Below, piece by piece: positions 38,141-49,974 of a stretch of 64,000 nt of DNA (its first letter is position 1; each line of letters begins with the position of its first letter). The notes beneath the pieces were generated by a model, which had not been told where the DNA came from, did no database searches, and saw only the letters and a list, made by a program, of their open reading frames with translations. The position numbers and the translations under genes were made by a program. The stretch spans positions 14,260,001 to 14,324,000 of the forward strand of contig OZ024742.1 of the NCBI GenBank assembly GCA_964016885.1, in the 5' to 3' direction. The stretch is from Eledone cirrhosa. Taxonomy: Eukaryota.

Positions 38141-39665
38141 ATGCAACTGCAGTCTTATTTAAAAAAAAATATATATATTTATTTGGTTCCTTTACTGGTT
38201 TCGCAGTTCTTCTGCTTTTCAAAAGTAGAGTTGAGATGGAGGGTCTGTGGTTTTTCTCACATCTGGTTGGTCTTTGAATGTTACTTGTTTTATATGAAAA
38301 AAAGTGGCTCGAAACACCAGGTTTTTAGAGAAGTAATCTGATTGGTTGGTCAATAATTATAATAAATTTCGCGCCAGTTCGCGTTACAAAGTTCTTCAAA
38401 CAAGTGTGTGTATATGTGGGGGGGGGGGTCTCAGATTGTTTTTCATATATGAGTGTTTGAATTTCTTTTTACTTAAAAAAAAGGGGCTCACGAAGGCTTT
38501 TTTTTAATAAACGTAATTTGATTGGTTATAAATGAAATTATGGCTGTCTTGTGAACAAGTTTTCATTAAATTTTGCGCCCTTATTTGGAAATCCATTCTG
38601 TAGCCTTTTTAGAGAATTTTATGATAAGTAAAAGATAATGGTCAAGAGAAATGGGATGGGAGAGTTGTTCTGGTTCAGTGAATATGGTTAGTTCGCTGGG
38701 GTGTCAGAATTCAGATTTTCTATTGAAATAAAGAAAGTAAAGATATGTATGTTTATTTGTGTGCTTGTGTGTGTGTGTATTGGAAGATGATTCTATTAGT
38801 AGAAATGGGAGAGGGAGTTGTGTGTGTGTGGGGGTTGTTATGTGTGTGCATGGGTGTTATGTGTGTGTGGGAGTATGGTTAGCATGTTAAGATGAAGAGA
38901 ATATATATATATATTGTGTGCGTGTGTGTAGGAAAATGATTCCTTTAGTAGGAATATTTTTGAATGAACATATTTTCCTTACTTATTCATATTTGTTTTG
39001 TTGTATTGTCAGCGCAAACGTATGTTAAGGTTTATTTAGTTCGGGTTTTTATTTTCTAAAGTAGCAGGTGTTATGTATGTGTGTATGTGGCTGTTTGGAT
39101 GGTTAGCATGTTATGGTGTTGTCATAATGTATATTAAACCATATTTAATGCTGGTCTATATTTTTGAATAAACATATTTTCCATATTTATTCGTATTTGT
39201 TCTATTGTCTAAAAAGGCTACAGAATAGATTTCCAAATAACGGCGCAAAATTTAATGAAAACTTGTTCACGTGACAGCCATAATTTCATTTATAACCAAT
39301 CAAATTACGTTTATTAAAAAAAAAGCCTTCGTGAGCCCCTTTTTTTTAAGTAAAAAGAAATTCAAACACTCATATAAGAAAAAACAACCTGAGCCCTCCC
39401 ACTTGTTTGAAGAACTTTGTAACGCGAACTTGCGCAAAATTTATTATAATTATTGACCAACCAATCAAATTACTTCTCTAAAAACCTGGCATTTCGAGCC
39501 ACTTTTTTCCATATAAAATAAGTAACATTCAAAGACCACCAGATGAGAGAAAAACCACAGACCCTCTATCTCAACTCTATTTTTGAAAAGCAGAAGAACT
39601 GCGAAACCGGTAAAGGAACCAAATAAATATATATATATTTTTTTAAAATAAGACTCCAGTTGCAT
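38141..39665. mobile_element. Foldback element with about 460-470-bp inverted arms
   Basis: 38141-38613 is the approximate reverse complement of 39208-39665; GT-rich spacer; each arm carries a hammerhead-like motif. Confidence 0.8.
39580..39615 (+). ncRNA. Hammerhead-like motif, U3-A8 core variant (mirror copy on the minus strand at 38190-38225)
   Basis: UUU-UUGAAAA-GCAG-AAGAA-CUGC-GAAAC-CG-GUA-AAG. Stem II is GCAG/CUGC, stem III is the palindrome ACCGGU, and stem I is only 3 bp. Confidence 0.5.
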
Positions 39666-40192
39666 CTTTTTTTCTTTATACTTTCACTCGTGTAGGACAC
39701 CTCGTTTATTTTTCATTTTGTAAAAAAAACCTCACTTTCTAATAATATATATATATATATATACATATAACTGTTATAATGTTCAACATTTTTTTGCATG
39801 TTAATAGGAAGTAAAGATTATTGTTTAAGTCTTCTATGCAATATCTATTTATCTGTCTGTCTGTCTTATTAAAAGACATGTGAACCCTATAATCAGGCTT
39901 AAACAGTTTCAATGCTAAAATAGTAAAATTACCATTTTAGCATTGAAATAATTTAAGCTTTAAATGATATCTACATTCTACTTTCTTTAAAGAATGGCAT
40001 ACTAAGTAAAATAATGGTCTTACTAGTCTCATGTAATAAGATCCCCCCCACCCCTCTCTCTCTTTATATATTTAAACAATATACCAAAAAATCTTTTTCC
40101 TATATAAAGTTGAGAAACTAAACTATTAATATGTACATCATCATCATCATTTTTACATCTGCTTTTTGATGCTTGCATGGGTTGTACATACA

Positions 40193-40236
<44 letters not shown>

Positions 40237-40880
40237 AAGGGCATCCATCCCTTGAAAACCTGCCAGATAGTCCTATATGAGCGAGACACGGTCACCCGAC
40301 CAATCTTGCCTCAAGTAGGACAATTCCTGTCTAACCCATGCTAGCATGGAAGATAGACGTTAAACGATGATGATGATATATATATATATGTACTCACTTA
40401 GATTACAAATTCTCATATGGTTGTTTCACAGAAATCCAGAATATGATGTTTATAATCGATTTTAATGATTGGTATCAATCACCAATTATCAATTTTTGTA
40501 ATAAACATTGTCAAGACCACTGAAATATTTATTTGGATATCATTAATGGAGTCCTTTGTTTTGCAAACATTTAAAGCAGTTCTCCCTGTTTCAGGATACC
40601 TTCTACCCTCTCTCCCTCCTACAGAAGCCCTGAAAATGAAAATGATATACAACTCTTCCCCCTAACTCAGTGATAAAATACAAAATAAATTCAGTCCGTG
40701 AAATATTTTAATTAAATGAAGACATTAACTGTGAATAATAATTGTTAAAAACTATTTCTTAATTACAACTATTCCAACTGTTTATAATTAGGATATTTAT
40801 TTTATAATTACAATTGGTTCATTAATTTAAAAACCCAGTTGGATGTTTTGGTGAAAATATATTGGTATGGTATCTTAATA

Positions 40881-41150
40881 CAGTGGAACCTCAGTTCATG
40901 AACAATTTTTCCAAACCTAGAACATTTCGGTTCATGAAGAGTGTCTCGAGTAACAAACACATAAGCCAGCAACAACAGTTGGAGCATCGGTGGGAAAGTG
41001 TCATTTATTGTGTAGTTAGTTACTATGGTGATATCTGTTTTTCACAATCTCTCAACATTTCATATAGGAAAAATAGTTTCAGTTTACGAACATTTTGGGT
41101 GCTGAACGGCCTTCAGGGACGAATTAAGTTCGTGAACTGAGGGTCCACTG
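40881..41150. mobile_element. pogo/Tigger-type MITE
   Basis: TA-cagtggaacctcagttcatgaac ... gttcgtgaactgagggtccactg-TA. Confidence 0.85.
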
Positions 41151-41312
41151 TATCTCTGTTTGTCTATTCACATTTCTCTATATTCTATTGAAATAGTAAT
41201 CAATGTTGATATTTACCTGTAGATAGTAATCAATGTTCATATTTACCTGTAAATAGTAATCAATGTTGATATTTACCTGTAGATAATAATCAATGTTAAT
41301 ATTTACCTGCAG

Positions 41313-41500
41313 ATTATCCGTGTCCTTTAATCAGTGTCCGGAATAGGAAACCAGTATTTTGTGAAATTGGTCACACAATAATGAATCTGTTGGCTGACTT
41401 CCGCAATTATCAATACATGTTACCTCAAATTAAAGGTGTCACAATACACATGGAAGATAAACGAACAGTTATTAACTTCCCACGAAATAGATATGATGAT
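41313..41500 (+). CDS. ZFYVE9: SARA exon J (C-terminal conserved domain)
   Basis: tgcag| acceptor, GAT|gtaaga donor. YYPCPLISVRNRKPVFCEIGHTIMNLLADFRNYQYMLPQIKG...NRYDD. Not in the ORF track; read directly from the sequence. Confidence 0.95.
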
Positions 41501-42190
41501 GTAAGAAGTGTTTTACTTTAATATCTTTATTGGTTGTTATTAATACAGTTACACCTTAATTAGTTGAATTACACCTTATCCTAACATAATCTGAAGGTCT
41601 TATGTTTAATTAATTAGCCATAGTGTGTGTAACCCAGATCTCCTCTAAAATACCTGTGCTACTCTAGGGTCATAATAATTGACAGGAAATTTGACTAAAT
41701 GATGGAACATGAAGCAAGTGTTACTGACACTGGTGTGATAATCACATCTGATGACACAGGTGTGACAATCACAGCTGATGACACAGGTGTGACAGTCACA
41801 TCTATTGTTCTCAGGTGTGACAAAAGTACCACACCTGAGCTGGTCAACAATCTGGTCTATTTAAACTAAGGCAAAATCACTGTTTTCATCCATCTATGAC
41901 TTTCAGGAACATATCTTTTCGAATTAGTCATGTTTGTTGCTGTTACCAGGTCTGTGAAGAGGAAGGGAATAGTATTAATGAACAAGATTTTACAATGTCT
42001 GGATTGTGGTGAAAAAATATCAAACTGTTTTAGAAGCCTTCAATACATGCTGGGTCACACCAAGGATTTCCAACAATATGTCGTGCGGGTGTAGAAAAAA
42101 TATAAATATAAAATTAAACAAACAAAAATTACTCAAAAATACATTAACTTATTTATCACGGTTTCTCCCAGAACCTCTAGCGACTTCTTG

Positions 42191-42372
42191 CAGAACCCTA
42201 GGGTCCGGGGAACACCAGTTGAGAACTGCTGCCCTAACAACTAGGCCAGACACAGAACCCTAGGGTCTGGGGAACACCAGTTGAGAACTGCTGCCCTAAC
42301 AACTAGGCCAGACACAGAACCCTAGGGTCCAGGGAACACCAGTTGAGAACTGCTGCCCTAACAACTAGGCCT
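42191..42372. repeat. 62-bp triplication including a hAT-like terminus
   Basis: Three copies of cagaaccctagggtc...gttgagaactgctg ccctaacaactaggcc. Confidence 0.8.
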
Positions 42373-42491
42373 TCACTTAATCATAAGACTTATTGTTCAG
42401 ATAATTAAGGTGTAACTACTGTATAGAGTTTCTTACCATATAAGGAGTTTCTTTACCTATCACCATTGATCTATTGATTGATCTGTTATAG

Positions 42492-42642
42492 TTAATGAAA
42501 GTTGTAATGAACAGTAATGAACACGTGATGGCCCTGGCTGCTAACTTTAGTGCTGAGGCTGACTCTCATCTTGTATGTATTCAAAATGATGATGGCAATT
42601 ACCAGACCCAGGCCATTAACATCCAGAATAAACCAAGAAAAG
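42492..42642 (+). CDS. ZFYVE9: SARA exon K (last exon seen; the gene continues beyond)
   Basis: tatag| acceptor, G|gtcagt donor. [50 protein letters not shown]. No following TGASF-type exon was found before 64000. Confidence 0.95.
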
Positions 42643-42796
42643 GTCAGTTATTATTTTAGTCTTAAAAATAATATACGTCTTTCTCTTTCCTAAATATATT
42701 TATTTCAGTTTTGTAACATTTATAGAACTTTAGGTTTGTTTTCTTTCTTTAATTTTTTTATTTTGTAGTATTATCGATTGTTTTTATTCTTTATTT

Positions 42797-43442
42797 ATTA
42801 CTGGACCTCAGCCATGCTGGGTCACACCATAGATCTGGTCTGTCATTGACACGACTACTGGGCCTCAGCCATGCTGGGTCACACCATAGATCTGGTCTGT
42901 CATTGACACGACTACTGGGCCTCAGCCATGCTGGGTCACACCATAGATCTGGTCTGTCATTGACACCACTACTGGGCCTCAGCCATGTTGGGTCACACCA
43001 TAGATCTGGTCTGTCATTGACACCACTACTGGACCTCAGCCATGTTGGGTCACACCATAGATCTGGTCTGTCATTGACACAACTGCTGGGCCTCAGCCAT
43101 GCTGGGTCACACCATAGATCTGGTCTGTCATTGACACCACTACTGGACCTCAGCCATGTTGGGTCACACCATAGATCTGGTCTGTCATTGACACAACTGC
43201 TGGGCCTCAGCCATGCTGGGTCACACCATAGATCTGGTCTGTCATTGACACCACTACTGGACCTCAGCCATGCTGGGTCACACCATAGATCTGGTCTGTC
43301 ATTGACACCACTACTGGGCTTCAGCCATGCTGGGTCACACCATAGATCTGGTCTGTCATTGACACCACTACTGGGCCTCAGCCATGCTGGGTCACACCAT
43401 AGATCTGGTCTGTCATTGACACCACTACTTCACCATGCTGGG
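42797..43442. repeat. 57-bp tandem array (about 11 copies)
   Basis: Unit actactgggcctcagccatgctgggtcacaccatagatctggtctgtcattgacacc. Confidence 0.95.
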
Positions 43443-43454
43443 TATGTATGTATA

Positions 43455-46366
43455 TCATCATCATCATCATCATCAACGTTTAACGTCCGTGTTCCACGCT
43501 TGCATGGGTTTGGACGGGGGTAGTCCCACTTGAGGCAAGAGTGATTGTCTTGCTCGCATAGGACTGTCTGGCAGGTTTTCTACAGTTGGATGCCCTTCCT
43601 AACACCAACCACATTTACAGTGTGGGTCTGGGAGGTTTTTACCGTGTTGCCTACACGGCTACATTACAGCGTGGACTGTGTGTTTTTTTGTCGTGACACC
43701 TACACGATCTCATTTGTTTCGGCCTATGGCGCGGCACCAACATAACTTTACATAGAACGGGGTGGTGTGGATGGGGGGGGGGGGGGGTATTTTGTTAGAG
43801 ATGCCTACTGGTTGGAGTAGGTTTTACTATATATTTAGGTAAGGTGGGTCTTCTCTGTTACTGAGTACCGCCAAAGGTCTCGGTCCAGTGACATTGTCTT
43901 GGAGAGGTGTAAGTGTGTGAGGTCGGAGTTTATCAGCTCGTCCCAGGTTTTTCTAGGTCTGCCTATTCCGTGACTACCGTCTATCTTTATTGCCCTGCAC
44001 TTTGTTATACAGCTATCGACTTTCATGCGCATCACGTGTCCATACCAACGTAGCCTTCTCTCGAGTAAACAACATCTGATCCCTCTTATCTCTAATTTTT
44101 TCCTTAGTTCGTTTATACTTTGCCGTTCACGTATATTACTGTTACACATCCAGCGGAGCATGCAAGCTTCGTTCCTCTCTAGTCTGCGAATATCCTCTGC
44201 ACACAATGCCCAGGTCTCACTGCCATGCAGCATTGCTGTTCGTATGCAGGCATCGTACAGCCTGCCTTTTATTTTTAGGGAGAACCCTTTAGCAGCTAAT
44301 AGTGGTATAAGCTCTCTGAACTTTTTCCAACCAGTTCTGACTCTAGCTACAGTACTTTCAGAGCACCCTCCCCCACTGCTGATTTTATCGCCCAGGTAAC
44401 GGAAGCTGTCCACTATTTCTATAGAACCCTCTGCGCAATTGAAAGAGCTAGTATTTTGTGGGCACTTGCTGCTACTTATTGCACCAGAACACCGGCCACA
44501 TGTAAAATCTATGTTCTTAGTTAGCTTACCTGTGATCCCACTACATCTTTTATGCACCCATACTTTGCATTTAGGACATAAAATGGAGTTTCTACCTACG
44601 CCTTTCCTACACACCGAGCACGACCATTTCCCAGAAGGGACCGCCGCCTTTTCTTTCCTACAAACTAGAACTTTGGTCTTAGCCAGGTTAATTTTAAGTC
44701 CTTTTGACTCTAGGCCGTGCTTCCATGTTTGGAATTTCTTCTCTAGCTCGGCCATTGATTCCGCTATGAGTGTCAGGTCATCTGCGTATAGGAGTTCCCA
44801 TGGGCAGCCTGTCTTGAACTCCTCTGTTATAGCCTGAAGGGCAATAATAAATAGTAGGGGGCTGAGAACAGAGCCCTGATGGACGCCAACTTTGACGCTA
44901 AACTCTTCACTATATTCGTTGTTAATTCTAACCTTGCTGACTGTTTCTTTATACATGGCTTGTATAGCCCTCACAAGCCATTCGTCAACGCCTAGTTTTC
45001 TAAGAGCCCACCAGATAATGGAGCGGGGGACTCTGTCGAAGGCTTTCTCCAAGTCGACAAAAGCTAAGTAGAGGGGTTTACCTTTAACTAGGTACTTCTC
45101 CTGTAGTTGTCGTACTATGAAAAGAGCGTCTATGGTACTTTTGCCTGACACAAACCCGAACTGCATTTCATCTAGGTCGATTCTCTCTCTGATTAGTTGC
45201 GCTATTACTTTTTCCGTGACCTTCATGACCTGGTCGATTAATTTAATGCCTCTATAGTTACTCCTATCTAGGGCGTCTCCTTTACCCTTATAACAGTTAA
45301 CGATGATGCTGCTATGCCAGTCCTTCGGAACAACCCCATTCTGTACGACTTGGTTAACTATGCGGCTGACCATGGTGTGTCCGACCGTGCCAGATGCCTT
45401 CAGCATCACAGCAACTATTTCCGGAGGCCCAGCCGCCTTACCCGTCTTCATATCCTTGATTGCCTTACTTATTATACTCCCCTCGACTAACACTGCTGGT
45501 CCCTCTATTGGGTCGATATGGGGGAGACTGTCTTTCTCCCATTTATTCTCCTCATTTAGTAGCCTTTCATAGTGACACTTCCAAGCTACCTTCTTATCAG
45601 CGTCGGTGATGGCAAGTGTGCCATCGTCGTTTAGTACACACTTCTTCCCGACAATATCACGGTTTTCCTTGACGCATTGCCTAGCAATCCTGAACACCTC
45701 ACGTTTTTGGTCATCGCGTTGTAGAACATGCTTGAACTTTCTTTCCTCAGCTTCCCTTCTTGCTAAGTACACTTGTCTCCTAGCTTCCCTCCTGGCCACT
45801 TGATAGTCTTCTCTACTTCCCCCATCCCGCCATACTTTCCAAGCCTGCTTTTTGGCCTTAATTGACCCCTCCACCTTACTGTTCCACCACCATGTTACTC
45901 TCCTCCTGCCTACAGGCCTGCTCCAGCCACAGACTTCGTCTGTCGCCAACAGCAGGTTTGCTTTCAGAAATTCCCACTCTCCCTCTATATTGTCCGACTC
46001 TAAATGTTCTTCCTTACTGTCGAAAGCATCAAGTAATATGCTTTGAAATTTATTCCTGGCTGTGGGGTCCTTTAGCTTCCATATTTTTCTCCTGAGGATA
46101 GTCCTCTTCTGCTGTCGAGTACGTCTCGTCCTGACTATGAGGTCGCTAATTATCAGTCTATGTTGGGAGGTGCATTCTTCATGGGGGAGGGATTTGGTGT
46201 TTACAACAGACACTCTGTCACGTCTTCTGGTAAGGATATAATCTGCCTGGCTTGTGTGTTCCCCGGATCTATAGGTGATCAGGTGATTGTCACGTTTTTT
46301 GAAGTTAGTGTTACAGATAGTTAGGTTATTTGCATCACAGAATTCCAGGATTCTGGAGCCTTCCAT
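43455..46366 (-). mobile_element. Young 5'-truncated RTE LINE, subfamily 1 (uninterrupted 843-aa ORF 43835-46366)
   Basis: C-terminal part of the APE endonuclease (ITYRSG...ADYIL...SQHR), RT ([20 protein letters not shown]), C4HC3 PHD finger, 3' UTR and (CAT)n tail. Confidence 0.96.
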
Positions 46367-46451
46367 ATATATGTATGTATGTATCTAAACCCATGCTAGT
46401 GTGGAAGATAGACGTTAAACGATGATGATGTATGTATATATATATATGTAT

Positions 46452-46790
46452 GTTATCTCTTTCTCTTAATTTCGAGTATATTTTTTTGACCGGCCACCTT
46501 CCTGGTGGCAAGGTTGTAAAAGAAAAGAAATTGTCATCCCTTGAATCGCAAGAATGTTTTGCAAATTTTGAAGGTGCCAGCTATCGCAGCCATTTGTAGT
46601 CTATAAATTAGGGAGCTGCGCTCTTTGTCCGCAAATCCAAGTTCAGTCATACTTTGGTCCAAGCGGGTTGGTATATAACCCGTAGCTCCAATAATGATGG
46701 GTATGAAGCTAAAGGTGTATCTTGGATACTTGATTTGTAAACTCATCAATGGTCCGTAGATGTCCTCCTTCTCCTGTATTTTTCTGAGTG
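46452..46790 (-). mobile_element. R4/Dong-like non-LTR retrotransposon 3' fragment (restriction-like endonuclease C-terminus)
   Basis: KEDIYGPL...FIPIIIGATGYIP...LQMAAIAGTFKICKTFL*, then a short 3' UTR running into microsatellite. Confidence 0.7.
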
Positions 46791-46843
46791 AGTATGTATA
46801 TATGTATGTATGTATGTATATATGTATGTATGTATATATATAT

Positions 46844-47434
46844 GGTGCTACTGGTAACGTATCCCAGTACAACCTGTCTCATGGTCGGGTCGTTGGCGAC
46901 TAAACTGGCAACCCCACCAAGGTTTCTTGGTGAGGAAGGTGACTTTGGACCTCTTGCAGGACTAAAAACAAAACCTGTCAAAGGGCAAAGGAGCTCTTAA
47001 GAGTCGATGGCTATCCAAAATCATCGAGAGAGATGACTCCTTAGCCTTTGTCAAGGCAGAATTCTAGGAGAATGAAAACTCGGATATAACACCTGCAACC
47101 CTGATGGTCTCCAATGATGTTGACTTGTTCTTCTTTTTGGTAAATATCATCTTGGTTAAGAGAGTGGGACTGGCTTTGTGCAGTGCCTTTGCTCACTATA
47201 AAAGCTTCACGGCACAGGCATTGCTTTATATCTGGAGATCTCTCTGCACTTGTCGTCACATGTTACCATGGGCCCAGCACTGTGTCAATAATTGTCACAA
47301 GTGTAATGTTTGTACCAGAGTTTTCAAGTCGCTGGCTGGACTAAAAAGTCACGCTCGTTCAGCGCATCGGTAGGGGTTCTTCTACATGGATATAAAGTAG
47401 TGGCCGTACTCGAAAACGAGTTGGCAGCCACCAT
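46844..47434 (+). mobile_element. About 590-bp non-autonomous LINE-derived element
   Basis: Recurs at 54309-54917 and 56101-56549, with fragments at 52888-52950 and 55705-55790. The 3' part encodes a C2H2 remnant [24 protein letters not shown]. Confidence 0.7.
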
Positions 47435-49516
47435 GTGGTGGAACAGTAAGGTGGAGGGGTCAATCAAGGCCAAAAAGCATGGCGGGATGGGGGAAGTAGA
47501 GAAGACTATCAAGTGGCCAGGAGGGAAGCTAGGAGACAAGTGTACTTCGCAAGAAGGGAAGCAGAGGAAAGAAAGTTCAAGCATGTTCTACAACGCGAGG
47601 ACCAAAAACGTGAGGTGTTCAGGATTGCTAGGCAATGTGTCAAAGAAAACCGTGATATTGTCGGGGAGAAGTGTGTACTTAACGATGATGGCGTACTTGC
47701 CATCACTGATGCTGATAAGAAGTGTCACTACGAAAGGCTACTAAATGAGGAGAATAAATGGGAGAAAGACAGTCTCCCCCACATCGACCCAATAGAAGGA
47801 CCAGCAGTGTTAGTCGAAGGTAGTATAATAAGTAAGGCAATCAAAGATATGAAGACGGGTAAGGCGGCTGGGCCTTCGGAAATAGTTGCTGAGATGCTGA
47901 AAGCCTCTGGAACGGTGGGACACACCATGGTCACCCGGATAGTAAACCAAGTCATACAGAATGGGGTTGTTCCGAAGGACTGGCGTAGCAGCATCATCGT
48001 TAACTGTTACAAGGGTAAAGGAGACGCCCTAGATAGGAGTAACAATAGAGGCATTAAATTAATCGACCAGGTCATGAAGGTCACGGAAAAAGTAATAGCG
48101 CAACTAATCAGAGAGAGAATTGATCTAGATGAAATGCAGTTCGGGTTTGTGTCAGGCAAAAGTACCATAGACGCTCTCTTCATTGTACGACAACTACAGG
48201 AGAAGTACCTAGCTAAAAGTAAACCCCTATACTTAGCTTTTGTCGACTTGGAGAAAGCCTTCGACAGAGTCCCCCGTTCCATTATCTGGTGGGCTCTTAG
48301 AAAACTAGGTGTTGACGAATGGCTTGTGAGAGCTATACAAACCATGTATAAAGAAACAGTCAGCAAGGTTAGAATTAACAACGAATATAGTGAAGAGTTT
48401 AGCGTAAAAGTTGGTGTCCATCAGGGCTCTGTTCTTAGCCCCCTGCTATTTATTATTGCCCTTCAGGCTATAACAGAGGAGTTCAAGACCGGCTGCCCAT
48501 GGGAACTCCTATACGCAGATGATCTAATGCTCATAGCTGAATCAATGGCCGAGCTAGAGAAGAAATTCCAAACATGGAAGCACGGCCTAGAATCAAAAGG
48601 CCTTAAAATTAACCTGGCTAAGACTAAAGTTCTAGTTTGTAGGAAAGAAAATAAGGCGCTGGTCCCTTCCGGGAAATGGCCATGCTCAGTGTGTAGGAAA
48701 GGCGTAGGTAGAAACTCCATTTTATGTCCCAAATGCAAAGTATGGGTGCATAAAAGATGTAGTGGGATCACAGGTAAGCTAACTAAGAACATAGATTTTA
48801 CATGTGACCGGTGCTCTGGTGCAATAAGTAGAAGCAAGTGCCCACAAAATACTAGCTCTTTCAATTGCGCAGAGGGTTCTATAGAAATAGTGGACAGCTT
48901 CCGTTACCTGGGTGACAAAATCAGCAGTGGGGGAGGGTGCTCTGAAAGTACAGTAGCTAGAGTCAGAACTGGATGGAAAAAGTTCAGAGAGCTTATACCA
49001 CTATTAGCCACTAAAGGGTTCTCCCTAAAAATGAAAAGCAGGTTGTATGATGCCTGCATACGAACAGCAATGCTGCATGGCAGTGAAACCTGGGCATTGT
49101 GTGCAGAGGATATACGCAGACTAGAGAGGAACGAAGCTTGCATGCTCCGCTGGATGTGTAATAGTAATATACGTGAACGGCAAAGCATAAACGAACTAAG
49201 GAAAAAATTAGAAATAAGAGGGATCAGATGTTGTTTACTCGAGAGAAGGCTACGTTGGTATGGTCACGTGATGCGCATGAAAGACGACAGCTGTATAACA
49301 AAGTGCAGGGCAATAAAGATAGACGGTAGCCACGGAGTAGGCAGACCCAGAAAAACCTGGGACGAGCTGATAAATTCCGACCTCACACACTTGCACCTCT
49401 CCAAGACAATGTCACTGGAGCGAGACCTTTGGCGGTACTCAGTAATAGAGAAGACCCGCCTTACCTAAATACAAAGTAAAACCTACTACAGTCAGTAGGC
49501 ATCTCTAACAAAATAC
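47433..49516 (+). mobile_element. RTE LINE subfamily 1, 5'-truncated and 3'-UTR-truncated (651-aa ORF)
   Basis: Near-identical protein to 43835-46366, in inverted orientation. Confidence 0.96.
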
Positions 49517-49974
49517 ATATGTATATATATATGTATGTATATATATATATATATGTATGTATATATATATATATGTATGTATATATATATGTATGTATAT
49601 ATATATGTATGTATATATATATGTATGTATATATATATGTATGTATATATATATATATATGTATGTATATATATATATATATGTATGTATATATATATAT
49701 ATATATGTATGTATATATATATATATGTATGTATATATATATGTATGTATATATATATATATGTATGTATATATATATGTATATATATATGTATGTATAT
49801 ATATATGTATGTATATATATATATATGTATGTATATATATATGTATGTATATATATATATATGTATGTATATATATATGTATGTATATATATATATGTAT
49901 GTATATATATATATGTATGTATATATATATATGTATGTATATATATATATGTATGTATATATATATATGTATGT
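49517..49974. repeat. (TA)n/(TATG)n compound microsatellite
   Basis: Pure TA/TG tract; similar tracts at 52648-53100, 53443-53530 and 56550-56865. Confidence 0.95.
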
